Assembly (NCBI GenBank): GCA_003452395.1
Contig: DMOI01000014.1
Location: 13,402-77,401 of the forward strand
From: Clostridiales bacterium
GTDB lineage: Bacteria; Bacillota; Clostridia; Lachnospirales; UBA12420
Length of the DNA: 64,000 bases
Direction: 5' to 3'
The notes beneath the pieces were generated by a model. The model ran no database searches. It was given only the letters and a program-made list of their open reading frames with translations, and was not told the DNA's origin. The position numbers and the translations under genes were made by a program. Shown here piece by piece: positions 17,372 through 25,538 of the stretch (positions within the stretch are counted from its first letter, which is position 1; every line of letters begins with the position of its first letter).

Positions 17372-17508
17372 CTCAGCCGTAGACTGCTTCCAATCAGATT
17401 TCGCTCACACTCATCTTCTTGGGCAGTCCTGACATGGGTAGTCGTAAAAAACTTACTTCGTCGTTTCTCTCCTTGTAAGTTTAACGACTGTCTCCACATG
17501 CATCGTAT
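17372..17508. repeat. 137-bp perfect direct repeat, copy 2
   Basis: Identical to 7061-7197. Contains the rlmD relic 17453-17508. Confidence 0.9.
17490..17506. repeat. prophage attL core gtctccacatgcatcgt
   Basis: Same 17-mer as 54947-54963 inside rlmD. Confidence 0.7.
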
Positions 17509-17530
17509 TCTACCACCGTTTATCTTCCTA

Positions 17531-17631
17531 TATCTCACAATATCTCATAGTATCTCACAGACCTTTGAACAGTAAGCGGATGTGGGATACTATTTATTTT
17601 TTTATATCTATGTATATCTCATTATATCACA
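17531..17631. promoter_or_regulatory. two clusters of three 10-bp-phased TATCTCA-like repeats (putative arm-type or accessory-factor sites)
   Basis: tatctcacaa/tatctcatag/tatctcacag at 17531, 17541 and 17551. tatatcta/tatatctc/tatatcac at 17603, 17613 and 17623. Confidence 0.4.
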
Positions 17632-17647
17632 CAGTATTTTCTCCCAC

Positions 17648-17665
17648 GGTGGCAAACGGGTGGCA
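17648..17665 (+). promoter_or_regulatory. tandem GGTGGCAAAC GGGTGGCA motif (putative integrase arm site, attL side)
   Basis: Same motif as 54863-54883 beside the integrase gene. Confidence 0.45.
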
Positions 17666-17772
17666 GAGTTTACAGTTTTTTACTGGTAACTATATTTCTA
17701 AATCTTTGCATTATCTCGTTATTGTAATCCTACTCTATTTCAATTAGCATACAAGTGACAAAATTTTCGCTT

Positions 17773-20577
17773 CTAATTTCTATTTTTCTTTTTTCTCTTA
17801 CCCTTCATTTTATATACTTTACTGTTATCTTTTAAATTAAATTTGTAATTTACAAAGCATTTTAAATTGACCAATGTCTTTAGATATTCTTTTTGTTTAT
17901 CTAGACCCTCTATTTCATTTAACCATTCTGGTTTGCTCTTAATAAGCTCTTCCATTAATTCTGTTTCTTCCCCATCTTCCATAAATGTTAAAATCTTAAT
18001 ACATATTTTCCCTACTTCATAATTTGCATCTTCTACCTTTGATTTAAACATTTCAAGCTCAATATCTTTTTCATTTAGAATATATATATATTCTTCTTCA
18101 GAGGCAAATACATAATATACATTCACATATACATCTTCATTTAAAATTTGCCCTATGAATGTCCCTTCGTACTTGTTATCCCTTATATTTATTTCATTAA
18201 CCCTAACTTCTCTATTTATTCTGTAGAATGGTTCAAAATTAGCGCCGAAAATATCTCTTAAATCCTCTGTCCACATATTCGTCACTAAAATATTATTGTG
18301 TCCTATATTTTTTAGAAATATCGACTTTGACATTATTTCTGCTCTTCCACTTATCAATTTATAGAAATCTTTATTTAATTGATCATAGAATCCTCTTACA
18401 TAACCTGCAGCATACTGGCTATATCCAACGCTTGAATCTACGAATATTTCTTTTTTCTGCATCGTATTCATTATTTTCTGGTTTTCTTCAATTCCATATT
18501 GATCTTTTTCTTCATAATTACCATACAACTTTAGTATCTTTAGTAAATCAGAGCTTTTATTATATTCATCAAAAAACTCTTTATAAAATCTCTCTAAATA
18601 TTTCGTTGATAATTCACTCGATTTTACCCTTTCGATTTCGGCTATTTTTTGTTTTTCCTTTTCCGATTTTAATATTTCTAGCAATGAGTTTATACACTCT
18701 TCTAAATTTTTATTATATATCTGTGCTATATCGATAATATATTGCTTATACTCTTTTTCAGTGTAATATTTTATAACACCTTCTATCATACTTATAAGCA
18801 TGTCATTACTTTCTATAGTTAATGTGGTTTCTATTTTCTCATAGTTTACTAAGCATCCAATAAGAAGTAAGTCTTTTATATAATTATGTGTTTCACACCA
18901 CCATGTTTCTACCCACATATTGTATTCTCTTTCTCCAAAATCTTCCCAATAATCAGTCATACTTCCAAATTTACTGTCTTCACACAATAGTTCCAGTAAG
19001 TCCTGAATATATGTGCTTAGAGATATATCTTTCAGAAAATACATTATTTGCTCTTTTAGATCTGGTTGCTCTTGTTTACGTGATAGATATAAGCAAACTC
19101 CATATCTGATATATCTTGACTTTCTATCTGTATGTTTTTTAACTTGTTTCAATAAATTATCGTATTGAATATGTACATTTATATTTATTATATTTTGAGA
19201 AAACTTAATAACTTTGTTGCTAAGTTTTTTATTTTTCACTTTAATTGTCCATATTAGTAATTTTTGTAAAAGTAGATATATCGTATCAATCTTATTGATT
19301 AATCTCTCTTTTAACTGCACATCCTTTTGCTTGCTAATACTATCAATATCATCCTCTATAGAATAATGTAGACTAGAATATAAAATATCTAATAGTTGTT
19401 CTATTACTGTGACACTATCTTCTATGCTTTTGCCTTTATACAATGTCTCACACCATAAAAATGCATCACTAAAAGATTCACTATTATACTCTTCGCTAAT
19501 GTATTTACACCATATATTTGTTAGTTTTCTAATCATATTCATATTCTTAATATCCTTACTTTTAAGTAATACACCCTCTAGTCCTATTATTAAATATTCT
19601 TTAACAACTTCCCCTTGTGATAGTATTTCCTTTTTTACATATTTTGCTAATATATCTATATATAATTCAAAATATTCAAAATCATTCAATAGCATCTTCT
19701 CAGATATTATTGCAATTAAATCATTCTTATACACATATGGTTTTTTTACTTTTCGTATTTCTATTAAGTCATCAAAGTCCGATAATTTAATAGACTTATG
19801 AATTAAAACCACACTTTCATTATTGTTAACATAGTCTCCTATCTCTTTTTGAATAATTACATAATACTCTGGATTTTCTTTTTGATTAGTGTTATTATTG
19901 AAAGGTTTATCTACCAAATTAATAATTTTATTAATTTTTTTATAATTAATCTTTTCAAATATTCCTTCCTTATTATATTTTACTTCCCTATAATCATCTG
20001 CATTATTAAATATAATAAATCCATACTTGTCAATTGTACATTTCTTATTAAGCTTGTGTTCGTAGTCAATACTATTTTTCAGTATTTTTGCATTTATTAG
20101 TTCTTTATATCTTTTTTGAAAGTATTCTTCAGCTGATTTTTTATATAATTCCATTGCCATCTCATTATTGCACAAATCTCGCACTGCCTTAATTATAAAT
20201 CCACCAAGTAGCACTAATGCTAAGAAAGATATTAGTTTCACACGTATGAAGCAAAAAAATATTGATAGCACTACTATTCCCACAGTGATTTCCTTAACTT
20301 TTGTAATATTAAAGTATACCTGTTTCTTATATCTATCCTTCACTTGAGCAATATAAATATATAGTGAAATTGCAACAGTAGCAAATATACCTAATATTGT
20401 TGTAGCATCAACATCAAGTATTCCATCAATGTACGTATAATAAATCACAACAGCATTAACAAAATTATTGATGCCTACAAAAAATGTGCTAGTATCAATA
20501 AAATTAATTATAATCGTGACTACTAAAACATATAATGCCTTTTTATCATTTGTCATACTTTTCATAACCTCACCCAC
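17773..20577 (-). CDS. 934-aa protein with N-terminal multi-pass membrane domain and large helical K/E/I/Y-rich soluble part; function unknown
   Basis: About 4-5 hydrophobic segments in residues ~15-140. No catalytic motif recognised. Alternative start at ATG 20565. Confidence 0.65.
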   Translation of the reverse strand: MGEVMKSMTNDKKALYVLVVTIIINFIDTSTFFVGINNFVNAVVIYYTYIDGILDVDATTILGIFATVAISLYIYIAQVKDRYKKQVYFNITKVKEITVGIVVLSIFFCFIRVKLISFLALVLLGGFIIKAVRDLCNNEMAMELYKKSAEEYFQKRYKELINAKILKNSIDYEHKLNKKCTIDKYGFIIFNNADDYREVKYNKEGIFEKINYKKINKIINLVDKPFNNNTNQKENPEYYVIIQKEIGDYVNNNESVVLIHKSIKLSDFDDLIEIRKVKKPYVYKNDLIAIISEKMLLNDFEYFELYIDILAKYVKKEILSQGEVVKEYLIIGLEGVLLKSKDIKNMNMIRKLTNIWCKYISEEYNSESFSDAFLWCETLYKGKSIEDSVTVIEQLLDILYSSLHYSIEDDIDSISKQKDVQLKERLINKIDTIYLLLQKLLIWTIKVKNKKLSNKVIKFSQNIININVHIQYDNLLKQVKKHTDRKSRYIRYGVCLYLSRKQEQPDLKEQIMYFLKDISLSTYIQDLLELLCEDSKFGSMTDYWEDFGEREYNMWVETWWCETHNYIKDLLLIGCLVNYEKIETTLTIESNDMLISMIEGVIKYYTEKEYKQYIIDIAQIYNKNLEECINSLLEILKSEKEKQKIAEIERVKSSELSTKYLERFYKEFFDEYNKSSDLLKILKLYGNYEEKDQYGIEENQKIMNTMQKKEIFVDSSVGYSQYAAGYVRGFYDQLNKDFYKLISGRAEIMSKSIFLKNIGHNNILVTNMWTEDLRDIFGANFEPFYRINREVRVNEINIRDNKYEGTFIGQILNEDVYVNVYYVFASEEEYIYILNEKDIELEMFKSKVEDANYEVGKICIKILTFMEDGEETELMEELIKSKPEWLNEIEGLDKQKEYLKTLVNLKCFVNYKFNLKDNSKVYKMKGKRKKKNRN

Positions 20578-20651
20578 CTATATAAGTTTCTTGTTATTGT
20601 TTACATATCCGTATGTGGAGACCTTCATCTAATCTCAATATCCAAAACACT

Positions 20652-21356
20652 TTACAGTTTTTTACTGATAGTTGCAGTGTCTGTCCCTATTACGGATAAC
20701 TCCGCCAATACACTATTTTTAAAGTCCAGCACTTCCTTTACATCCCTCTGCTTTTTCAAATCATCTATGTAATATAATATTCCTTCAGATATGTCAGGTC
20801 TCGTTATTAAATAATTATACTCTTCAATAAATTCCGCATATAATTTACTTGCATGAGATTGAAACTTCTCTTTATACTCTTTTTGCAAAACCCCTGTAGA
20901 CTCATGACCTGTAAAAGGGTCCATTACTTTAGGTACGAAAGCTATATTCCATGGTGCTTCAAAAAGAAAAATATTTTTAGTCCTTCCAAAGATATGTGAC
21001 ACTTGATAATTAAATATATTTTCATTACGAATATAATTTGTTAATTCTGATATTATCTTTTGAGGTTCTGAATTATTAGTAGGATCCTTTTTTACATTAT
21101 TATTTTTAAATAAGTACTTATACAAGTCAATATACAAACTCGTTCCTTTTGCATCCCTCCCATACCCTCGGATTTTAACTGCGCCATCATTAAATATTCT
21201 ATTTTTAAGATCTTTCCAATTTTCAGAAACCGAGTCAATTGGCGGCAAGATAGTTTCATCTATACCAAATTTATATAACTCTTCCTTGTTAATATTAAAC
21301 TTCTTTATAAATTTCTCATATGAATCTTTTTTCTCCAACTCCAACATTAATATCAC
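20652..21356 (-). CDS. 234-aa protein, weak HNH/beta-beta-alpha-Me-like motif
   Basis: YQVSHIFGRTKNIFLFEAPWNIAFVPKVMDPFTGH resembles the HNH_2-type pattern (His ... Asn ... His). This is a weak call. Confidence 0.3.
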   Translation of the reverse strand: MILMLELEKKDSYEKFIKKFNINKEELYKFGIDETILPPIDSVSENWKDLKNRIFNDGAVKIRGYGRDAKGTSLYIDLYKYLFKNNNVKKDPTNNSEPQKIISELTNYIRNENIFNYQVSHIFGRTKNIFLFEAPWNIAFVPKVMDPFTGHESTGVLQKEYKEKFQSHASKLYAEFIEEYNYLITRPDISEGILYYIDDLKKQRDVKEVLDFKNSVLAELSVIGTDTATISKKL

Positions 21357-21401
21357 CTCAATTTTCTATTCAATCTAATCTTTCGTAATGGTCATGGTTA
21401 A

Positions 21402-21908
21402 CTAAATTATTACTTTTTCAATACTACCCTTTTTCATTTCATAATCTAACTTAATTTCAAACCCATGTTTTTTGTAAAAAGCTTTTAGCCTATCAATGTG
21501 ATCCCAATCAACACCTGATATTTCCCCATTCACTTTTAAATATCCGACTTTTTTAATAATCTCTAAAGCTTCTTTAATTAGTATACTTCCATAACCCTTA
21601 TTTATATTATTACCCATAATTCTTATATCAGTTATAGTTGCAATCCCATCTGCCCCATTAACACTTAGAAATATGTCTCCTTTACTTACCCCATTGTGGG
21701 TTATAACTATTAGTCTTAATATAAATGCATCTGGTTTATTTGATGTACCACTTAAAACATGACATCTAATAATATAGCAGCGACTTTCTTCCTTAGCTGT
21801 TTTTGTAACAAAGCTATCTTCTGTTGCGACTATATTATTATACTTCTCGTATAGCATTAACATCTTTTTCTTTCTTTTCTCGCCTAACATTTTAATTAAT
21901 AACATCAT
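21402..21908 (-). CDS. GNAT-family acetyltransferase
   Basis: Motif A: ITDIRIMGNNINKGYGSILIKEALEIIKKVG. SD GGAGGT precedes the ATG. Confidence 0.6.
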   Translation of the reverse strand: MMLLIKMLGEKRKKKMLMLYEKYNNIVATEDSFVTKTAKEESRCYIIRCHVLSGTSNKPDAFILRLIVITHNGVSKGDIFLSVNGADGIATITDIRIMGNNINKGYGSILIKEALEIIKKVGYLKVNGEISGVDWDHIDRLKAFYKKHGFEIKLDYEMKKGSIEKVII

Positions 21909-21930
21909 CTTACCTCCACTTAATCCACTC

Positions 21931-22098
21931 TTATTTATCTATTTTTTTAAGTTTTGATACGTACATTTCCACTATATCTTGCATGATTTGCTGAAATTCT
22001 TTTCCATTATTATTATATACTCTCTCTACTTGAATTAGGCGTTTCGTATCGACACCCTTTTTTTCTATACTTACCATTTTCCCTTTAGTTTTCAACAT
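21931..22098 (-). CDS. 55-aa protein, first gene of the GNAT operon
   Basis: Below the ORF-track size cut-off. Own translation MLKTKGKMVSIEKKGVDTKRLIQVERVYNNNGKEFQQIMQDIVEMYVSKLKKIDK*. SD GGGGGT lies 5 nt upstream. Confidence 0.4.
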   Translation of the reverse strand: MLKTKGKMVSIEKKGVDTKRLIQVERVYNNNGKEFQQIMQDIVEMYVSKLKKIDK

Positions 22099-22232
22099 GG
22101 TCTACCCCCTATATATCTCACCTTTATTTACATTTTAAAAGAATAAAATCTTAAAATTACCTAACATTTACTAATTATATCATAATATTATTTTTTTTAC
22201 TATATTAAACCTACCTAAATTTAACAATTAAC

Positions 22233-22261
22233 TTGATTTAAAACGAATTTTATGGTATATT
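22233..22261 (+). promoter_or_regulatory. promoter of the HTH-fused methyltransferase (TTGATT-17-TATATT with TG extension)
   Basis: Spacer counted as 17 nt. TG sits 1 nt upstream of the -10. Confidence 0.45.
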
Positions 22262-22334
22262 CTACTAGTGTAATTGAGTGATACAAGCAATATTAGTTAC
22301 TAAAATTTCAAAACATAAAATGAGGATGATGGCT

Positions 22335-23498
22335 ATGGAAAACAATGAATTAATTACAAATATTAGAAAAAGCTTAGATATTACTAGAAAAGAGTTCTCA
22401 GATGCTCTTCGCCTTCCAAAAGAGCATGAAAAATTATTAAAGCATTGGGAAGAAGGTACAATGGAAGTTCCTAAAGATGTTTTAAACAAAGTTTTATCAT
22501 TTCCTACAGATCCACCATTTAAAAATAGGTCCTTAAGTGAAAGTAAATTTACAACTATTGACTTATTTGCCGGAATAGGTGGAATTAGACAAGCATTCTA
22601 CAAATTAGGTGGTCATACTGTTTTCTCTTCAGAATGGGATAAGTTTTCTCAAAAAACATATCGTATCAATTACGGTGAAGTACCATCTGGAGATATAACT
22701 AAAATAAATGAAAATGAGATTCCAGACCATGATATATTACTAGGCGGTTTTCCATGCCAACCTTTTTCACAAGCAGGCCTTAAAAGAGGGTTCGAGGATT
22801 CTAGAGGGACATTGTTTTTCGATGTAGCTAGAATAATAAAAGCAAAAAGGCCCAAAGCATTTTTATTAGAAAACGTGAAGCAGCTCAGAGGACATGATGG
22901 TGGAAATACACTTAAAACTATACTTAATATCTTAGAAGAATTAAACTATTATGTACCAACACCTCAAGTTTTAAATGCTGTAAATTTCGGTGTGCCACAA
23001 AATAGAGAGAGAATTATAATTGTTGGATTTGACAGAAGTCTTTTACCTCCAATGCCTATACCTTTTGAATATCCTGAGGGGAATAAATGTGTAACACCTA
23101 TAAAAGTCGGAGCAATATTAGAAAAAGAAGTTCCACATAAATTTACTATTTCTGATGCTTTATATAAAGGTCATCTTGAAAGAAAAGCTCAACATAAAGA
23201 AAAGGGAAACGGATTTGGATTTTGTCTTTTTAATGAAGAAAGCCGCTATACTAATACAATAAGTGCAAGGTACTATAAGGATGGTAGTGAAGCTCTTATT
23301 GAACAAAAAGGGAAAAATCCCCGTATGCTCACCCCTCGTGAATGTGCACGTTTACAAGGATTTCCTGATTCTTTTATTATTCCTGTATCAAATACTCAGG
23401 CTTATAAACAATTCGGTAATTCTGTAGCCATACCTGTAATGGAAGCTGTCGCTAAAGAAATGATAATCTTTATGGAATCACACGGTATGTTAAAATAA
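22335..23498 (+). CDS. DNA (cytosine-5) methyltransferase with N-terminal HTH region
   Basis: Motifs FAGIGGIRQAF (I), GGFPCQPFS (IV), ENVKQL (VI), QNRERIIIVG (VIII), GNSVAIPV (X). N-terminal ~60 aa are XRE-like (ITRKEFSDALRLPKEHEKLLKHWE). Start moved to ATG 22335 (SD GAGGA). Confidence 0.85.
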   Translation: MENNELITNIRKSLDITRKEFSDALRLPKEHEKLLKHWEEGTMEVPKDVLNKVLSFPTDPPFKNRSLSESKFTTIDLFAGIGGIRQAFYKLGGHTVFSSEWDKFSQKTYRINYGEVPSGDITKINENEIPDHDILLGGFPCQPFSQAGLKRGFEDSRGTLFFDVARIIKAKRPKAFLLENVKQLRGHDGGNTLKTILNILEELNYYVPTPQVLNAVNFGVPQNRERIIIVGFDRSLLPPMPIPFEYPEGNKCVTPIKVGAILEKEVPHKFTISDALYKGHLERKAQHKEKGNGFGFCLFNEESRYTNTISARYYKDGSEALIEQKGKNPRMLTPRECARLQGFPDSFIIPVSNTQAYKQFGNSVAIPVMEAVAKEMIIFMESHGMLK

Positions 23499-23546
23499 AA
23501 AAAGTGTCTCATCATTTTAATTGAATTTGATGAGACACTTTTTTAG
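23499..23546. terminator. bidirectional terminator between convergent MTase and nuclease genes
   Basis: aagtgtctcatca / tgatgagacactt 13-bp stem flanked by an A-run and a T-run. Confidence 0.7.
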
Positions 23547-23548
23547 TC

Positions 23549-24358
23549 TTATTCGTGCACTTCTGTAATTAAACTATTCCAGAAATTATTGTTAGCTCTC
23601 CATTGAGAATATGGTCGTACATTACCCTCATACATTCCACTATCAAAAAAGACTATACCCTGTTCAACAAGTCTTAACCATTCATCATAATTTACTGGCT
23701 TACCAAAGCATATTTTAGTGTATGCACCTGAAGCATCTTTTTTACATGTAAACCAACCCTCGTGATTAAATTTATCTTCCAACTTTTCTTTTAAACACTT
23801 GTCCGTACGTCTTGTAGAAGGTGAAGAAATACCATACCATCTTGCAATAACTAGATGTTCTATCTGTAAAGCAATTGGAACAATTAAAGATTTATCTGTT
23901 CTCTGATCATGACTGTAAGAATAAACAGCAATAATATCCTTAGTATCAGTTATTTCAAGTCTTTGGCCATATGCATTATAGTGTCCTATTTTAGGACATG
24001 GAGTTCCTGACCAAGAATAACGCTCATTTTTTTCAGGATTTGGTCTTCCGAATATTTTCAAAAAGCTATCTTGCTTTTGGTATTTTGCACTTCCAATAAA
24101 TAATTGACTATATTCGGGCATAGTAAACACATATTGATTCGCAGACCAATCACCGAAAGTTGTTTTAGATGTTGTTTCATCCTTCAATTCATATCCCATA
24201 AAATCAGACTCATTATTTGCATTAGCAGTAATACCAAACTGTTGTTCTAACCAATGTCCCTCTCTACCATCATGTCGTGTGTTCCTTCCTTCAGTATCAG
24301 ATATTCTTCCTTTAACGTTTCTGTAAAACAATTCTAAAATTTTCTCTTTTGCAGTCAT
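23549..24358 (-). CDS. MutH / BcnI-MvaI-like type II restriction endonuclease
   Basis: GHWLEQQFGITANANNESDFMGYELKD parallels BcnI GQILERQFGVQENNITLGDLGEFELKG and MutH ...DFAALGVELK, with the D-x5-E-x-K spacing of BcnI. Start moved to ATG 24358 (SD AAGGAG). Confidence 0.6.
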   Translation of the reverse strand: MTAKEKILELFYRNVKGRISDTEGRNTRHDGREGHWLEQQFGITANANNESDFMGYELKDETTSKTTFGDWSANQYVFTMPEYSQLFIGSAKYQKQDSFLKIFGRPNPEKNERYSWSGTPCPKIGHYNAYGQRLEITDTKDIIAVYSYSHDQRTDKSLIVPIALQIEHLVIARWYGISSPSTRRTDKCLKEKLEDKFNHEGWFTCKKDASGAYTKICFGKPVNYDEWLRLVEQGIVFFDSGMYEGNVRPYSQWRANNNFWNSLITEVHE

Positions 24359-24412
24359 AATATATTTCTCCTTTCCGCTCAATAGAGCCACTTAAGTAAT
24401 CTCATTACTTGC

Positions 24413-25507
24413 TTACTTTTTATCTGAAAATAAACTTCTAAAAACTGCCTCTAATACTGATACTACAATACTATTTCCAGCCTGCTTGTATAGGCTTGTA
24501 TTACTAACCAATTGGCTTGCTTTATAAAAGTCATTATCACTGCACCCCATTAATCTCCACGTCTCTACAGGTTTTAGCCTTCTTACCATAAACTTTCCCT
24601 CAGCATTTTTCTTGTCAGTAACTAATTGCCTTCTATGTTTTGCTAAAAAGTCTTGCAATGTAACACCTTTCCAATAATTAGCATCTAAGCAGTAGCTTAC
24701 TACTTGATTAATTTCGTTATCCATAACCTGACCCTTTTTCAAATAGAAAGAATCTTCTACATTTTCCTCTAGGACATCCTTTAAGACTTTTTTTAGTTGT
24801 ACTGGTTCAGGGAATTTGAAATCAATGGAATGATCCAAAACACTAATACAAAAAACTCTTTCTCGGTTCTGTGGTATTCCAAAATTACGTGCATTCAAAA
24901 TTCCCCATGTATTTTTGTATCCAATAGACTCAAGATATTCCAAGAATTTTTCAAAGTTTTTTTTATGATTGCATCCAATCAAATTCTTAACATTTTCCAT
25001 CATAAGATACTTTGGTTTTTTTGTCTCAATAATTTTGCAGCATTCCCAAAGTAAAGATGATCTGGTGCCTGAATCAGCATTAAACCCATTCTGATAACCT
25101 GCTACAGAAATATCTTGGCAAGGAAACGAGTAAGTAAATAAATCAAAATCTGGCAGTTTAGCTGGATCAATACGTAGAATATCACCATAATTATTTATTA
25201 GCTTATTAGCCAAATACATCTCTTGTAATTTATCTTTTTTTAGCTTCCTTGCCCTGTTTTCAAATGTCTTATAATCTAATGGCACATTAATCTCTTCTAA
25301 ATATTTATATATTTCTTCATCATCATCTGGAATCCACTTATTGATCTCTTTTCTTAAATTTAAGAAATCACTATGAATCGCTGCATATGATAATAGCACA
25401 TCTCCTTCAATTTCTGATATACCTACTACTTCATGAGGTATTTGCAAATTTCTTAATGCCATCCTCTGACTCCCATAACCCGCAAATGCTTCAAATACTT
25501 TCAACAT
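24413..25507 (-). CDS. DNA (cytosine-5) methyltransferase
   Basis: FAGYGSQ (I), YSFPCQDISVAG (IV), ENVKNL (VI), QNRERVFCIS (VIII), AGNSIVVSV (X). Confidence 0.85.
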   Translation of the reverse strand: MLKVFEAFAGYGSQRMALRNLQIPHEVVGISEIEGDVLLSYAAIHSDFLNLRKEINKWIPDDDEEIYKYLEEINVPLDYKTFENRARKLKKDKLQEMYLANKLINNYGDILRIDPAKLPDFDLFTYSFPCQDISVAGYQNGFNADSGTRSSLLWECCKIIETKKPKYLMMENVKNLIGCNHKKNFEKFLEYLESIGYKNTWGILNARNFGIPQNRERVFCISVLDHSIDFKFPEPVQLKKVLKDVLEENVEDSFYLKKGQVMDNEINQVVSYCLDANYWKGVTLQDFLAKHRRQLVTDKKNAEGKFMVRRLKPVETWRLMGCSDNDFYKASQLVSNTSLYKQAGNSIVVSVLEAVFRSLFSDKK

Positions 25508-25538
25508 AATATGCTCCTTTTAATATAATATCTTCCAC

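Noticed and set aside
17350-17538. 62-aa minus-strand ORF and 94-aa plus-strand ORF (17291-17575) over the direct repeat.
   Set aside because: They overlap the rlmD relic and att arm in the wrong frames. The equivalent ORFs differ at the other repeat copy, so they are spurious.
20612-20626. Inverted near-copy of the att core (gtatgtggagacc versus gcatgtggagac) between the 934-aa and HNH-like genes.
   Set aside because: It is only an ~11-nt match in the opposite orientation, with no arm homology around it. This is compatible with chance.
22265-22489. 74-aa minus-strand ORF opposite the start of the HTH-fused methyltransferase.
   Set aside because: It is antisense to a motif-supported gene, has a hydrophobic low-complexity translation, and lacks an SD.
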